DNA of 64,000 bases from Dipteris shenzhenensis (taxonomy: Eukaryota): NCBI GenBank assembly GCA_047967505.1, contig CM106538.1. One strand, 5' to 3'. This document shows positions 62,831 to 64,000 of the stretch, piece after piece (position 1 is the first letter of the stretch; every line of letters starts with the position of its first letter). Position numbers and translations under genes: made by a program. A model generated the notes under the pieces. The model did no database searches. It had not been told where the DNA came from and worked only from the letters and a program-made list of their open reading frames with translations.

Positions 62831-63931
62831 TTATGGACCCTCCCACAAGGCAAATAGATAATGGCTCAGAGGAGTGCGAATTAAATGCCGTCAAAGAGTC
62901 AAAGGGGATAGAAGACCTCAACTCTACAAACATGGCTTCATTGGAAGAATTGGGAAGCTCTTTTAATGTTAGGGTTATGATTCAACATAGACCTCAGTAT
63001 CTTGAATTTGGGGGAGAGGAGATTTCAATCCTCTCTAGAGCTTCAAATGAGGTCAATAACAATGTTATGATGGCCATTCTCAGGTTTGATACAAACTTTT
63101 TCTCTGCTTGATAATTCAATATTTTGATTAAATCTAATAAGCTAATATTCATTTATTTGTTGGTGCAGTATAGTTATCTCACGATTTTGTAGAGCCGTAC
63201 AAAACCGTGTGTATATGTTGGACTCCCTCCTTTCTCCTATACTTAGCGATAGCAGAAAGACGATAGCCGATGTTTGTAAATGGTTACAGCCTTTACATTT
63301 ACATGGCGTGTGAGTCCTATTTATGGCATATCACGAGATGTAAGTATCATGGCAACCTTTATTTTCATCTTATACAGGCAACATTGTGTTAAATAATAAT
63401 GGTTCTTGATTATTCGTGTAGGGAACATTGGAGTTTGGTGGTTTGGGACCTTGGAGACAACTATTGTTGGTTTATCAACTCGATTGCAGGCTTTCATGGC
63501 TCAGTGCAAACGTAAGTATTCTATTAATCTGTTGTTACTTCTATATTATGTACCTTATGTAATAGACACACTAAGTTTTTTTAATATGTCATGATGAGCA
63601 GGTCGATTGAGAAGTTGGTATCTGCTATCAGAGAAACAGGACAGTACAAAGACTCGCTAGACTTCTAAAAGCGTTTAGTAGTAGAGCAGGAAGATGGGCT
63701 TAGTTGTGGGTGGAGAGTTGCCTATAACTGCATGTTGATTTTCAAAGAAATTTTCTCATTTAAGCCACAGGTCTCATCGGAAGACTCTTTGGAGCTCAAA
63801 TATTCAGAGGAGGATATACAATTGTTTAGGGCTGAAATCATTTGAGACCTAATTGCTGCCATTAGAATACAACGTGCAACTGAAGCAATATCAGAGCTTG
63901 CATTTAAGGAAGAGGATACTGAGTCTACTTG
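62831..63931 (+). pseudogene. Ulp1/C48-like protease domain, repeat 3
   Basis: EVNNNVMMAILR | RVYMLDSLL...VLFMAYHE | EHWSLVVWD...FINSI | QEDGLSCGWRVAYNC, with the same intron positions. Confidence 0.85.
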
Positions 63932-64000
63932 AAAGCACTGCACACTATAGAATTAGAGACTCAGTGTACACCTACAACACCACAGCCTCCACTGGAAGCA

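Larger units (their letters stand above)
56945..63931 (+). pseudogene. Large decayed multi-exon gene, probably transposon cargo: ParB/DGQHR-like domain, MTase-like region, acidic linker and three Ulp1/C48 protease domains
   Basis: ORFs 56852, 57596, 57968 and 59540 share one frame and are separated only by stop codons, giving one exon 56945-60151. A phase-0 GT-AG intron at 60152-60243 joins it to the protease exons. IDGQHW is at 58301-58318, and HWSL, NS and QxD..CGWR motifs occur three times. Confidence 0.8.

Noticed and set aside
63941-63950. CACTA pentamer as a CACTA transposon terminus
   Set aside because: No TIR partner, subterminal repeats or TSD; expected by chance.

Overview
Eukaryotic, repeat-dense land-plant DNA with GT-AG introns, plant LTR retroelements and heavy C>T decay. 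The style suggests a fern or other seed-free plant, but that is inference only. From left to right: (1) a near-complete Ty1/copia element with an intact 1459-aa polyprotein (<1-5516, minus strand), inserted into a decayed Ty3/gypsy chromovirus; (2) a multi-exon glycoside hydrolase family 1 pseudogene (11394-16512) whose sugar-binding residues are all non-canonical while both catalytic Glu remain; (3) a hAT transposase remnant, a second decayed copia, a gypsy gag-protease remnant and a truncated sibling of the first copia; (4) an Athila-type LTR (27702-31421) carrying a nested non-coding 2.4-kb LTR element with a TSD, plus an inverted copy of the same LTR at 41044-42359; (5) two unrelated tandem arrays, one with a ~350-bp unit and one with a three-level 182/546/~2180-bp hierarchy; (6) about 5 kb of strand-biased G/GA-rich sequence; and (7) a large decayed gene (56945-~63931). 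Read through its stop codons and spliced, this last gene joins a ParB/DGQHR-like domain, a degenerate N6A/N4C-methyltransferase-like region and three tandem Ulp1/C48 cysteine-protease domains. That fusion is the best candidate for an undescribed system. All domain calls were made by eye from motifs and need HMM or structure confirmation.
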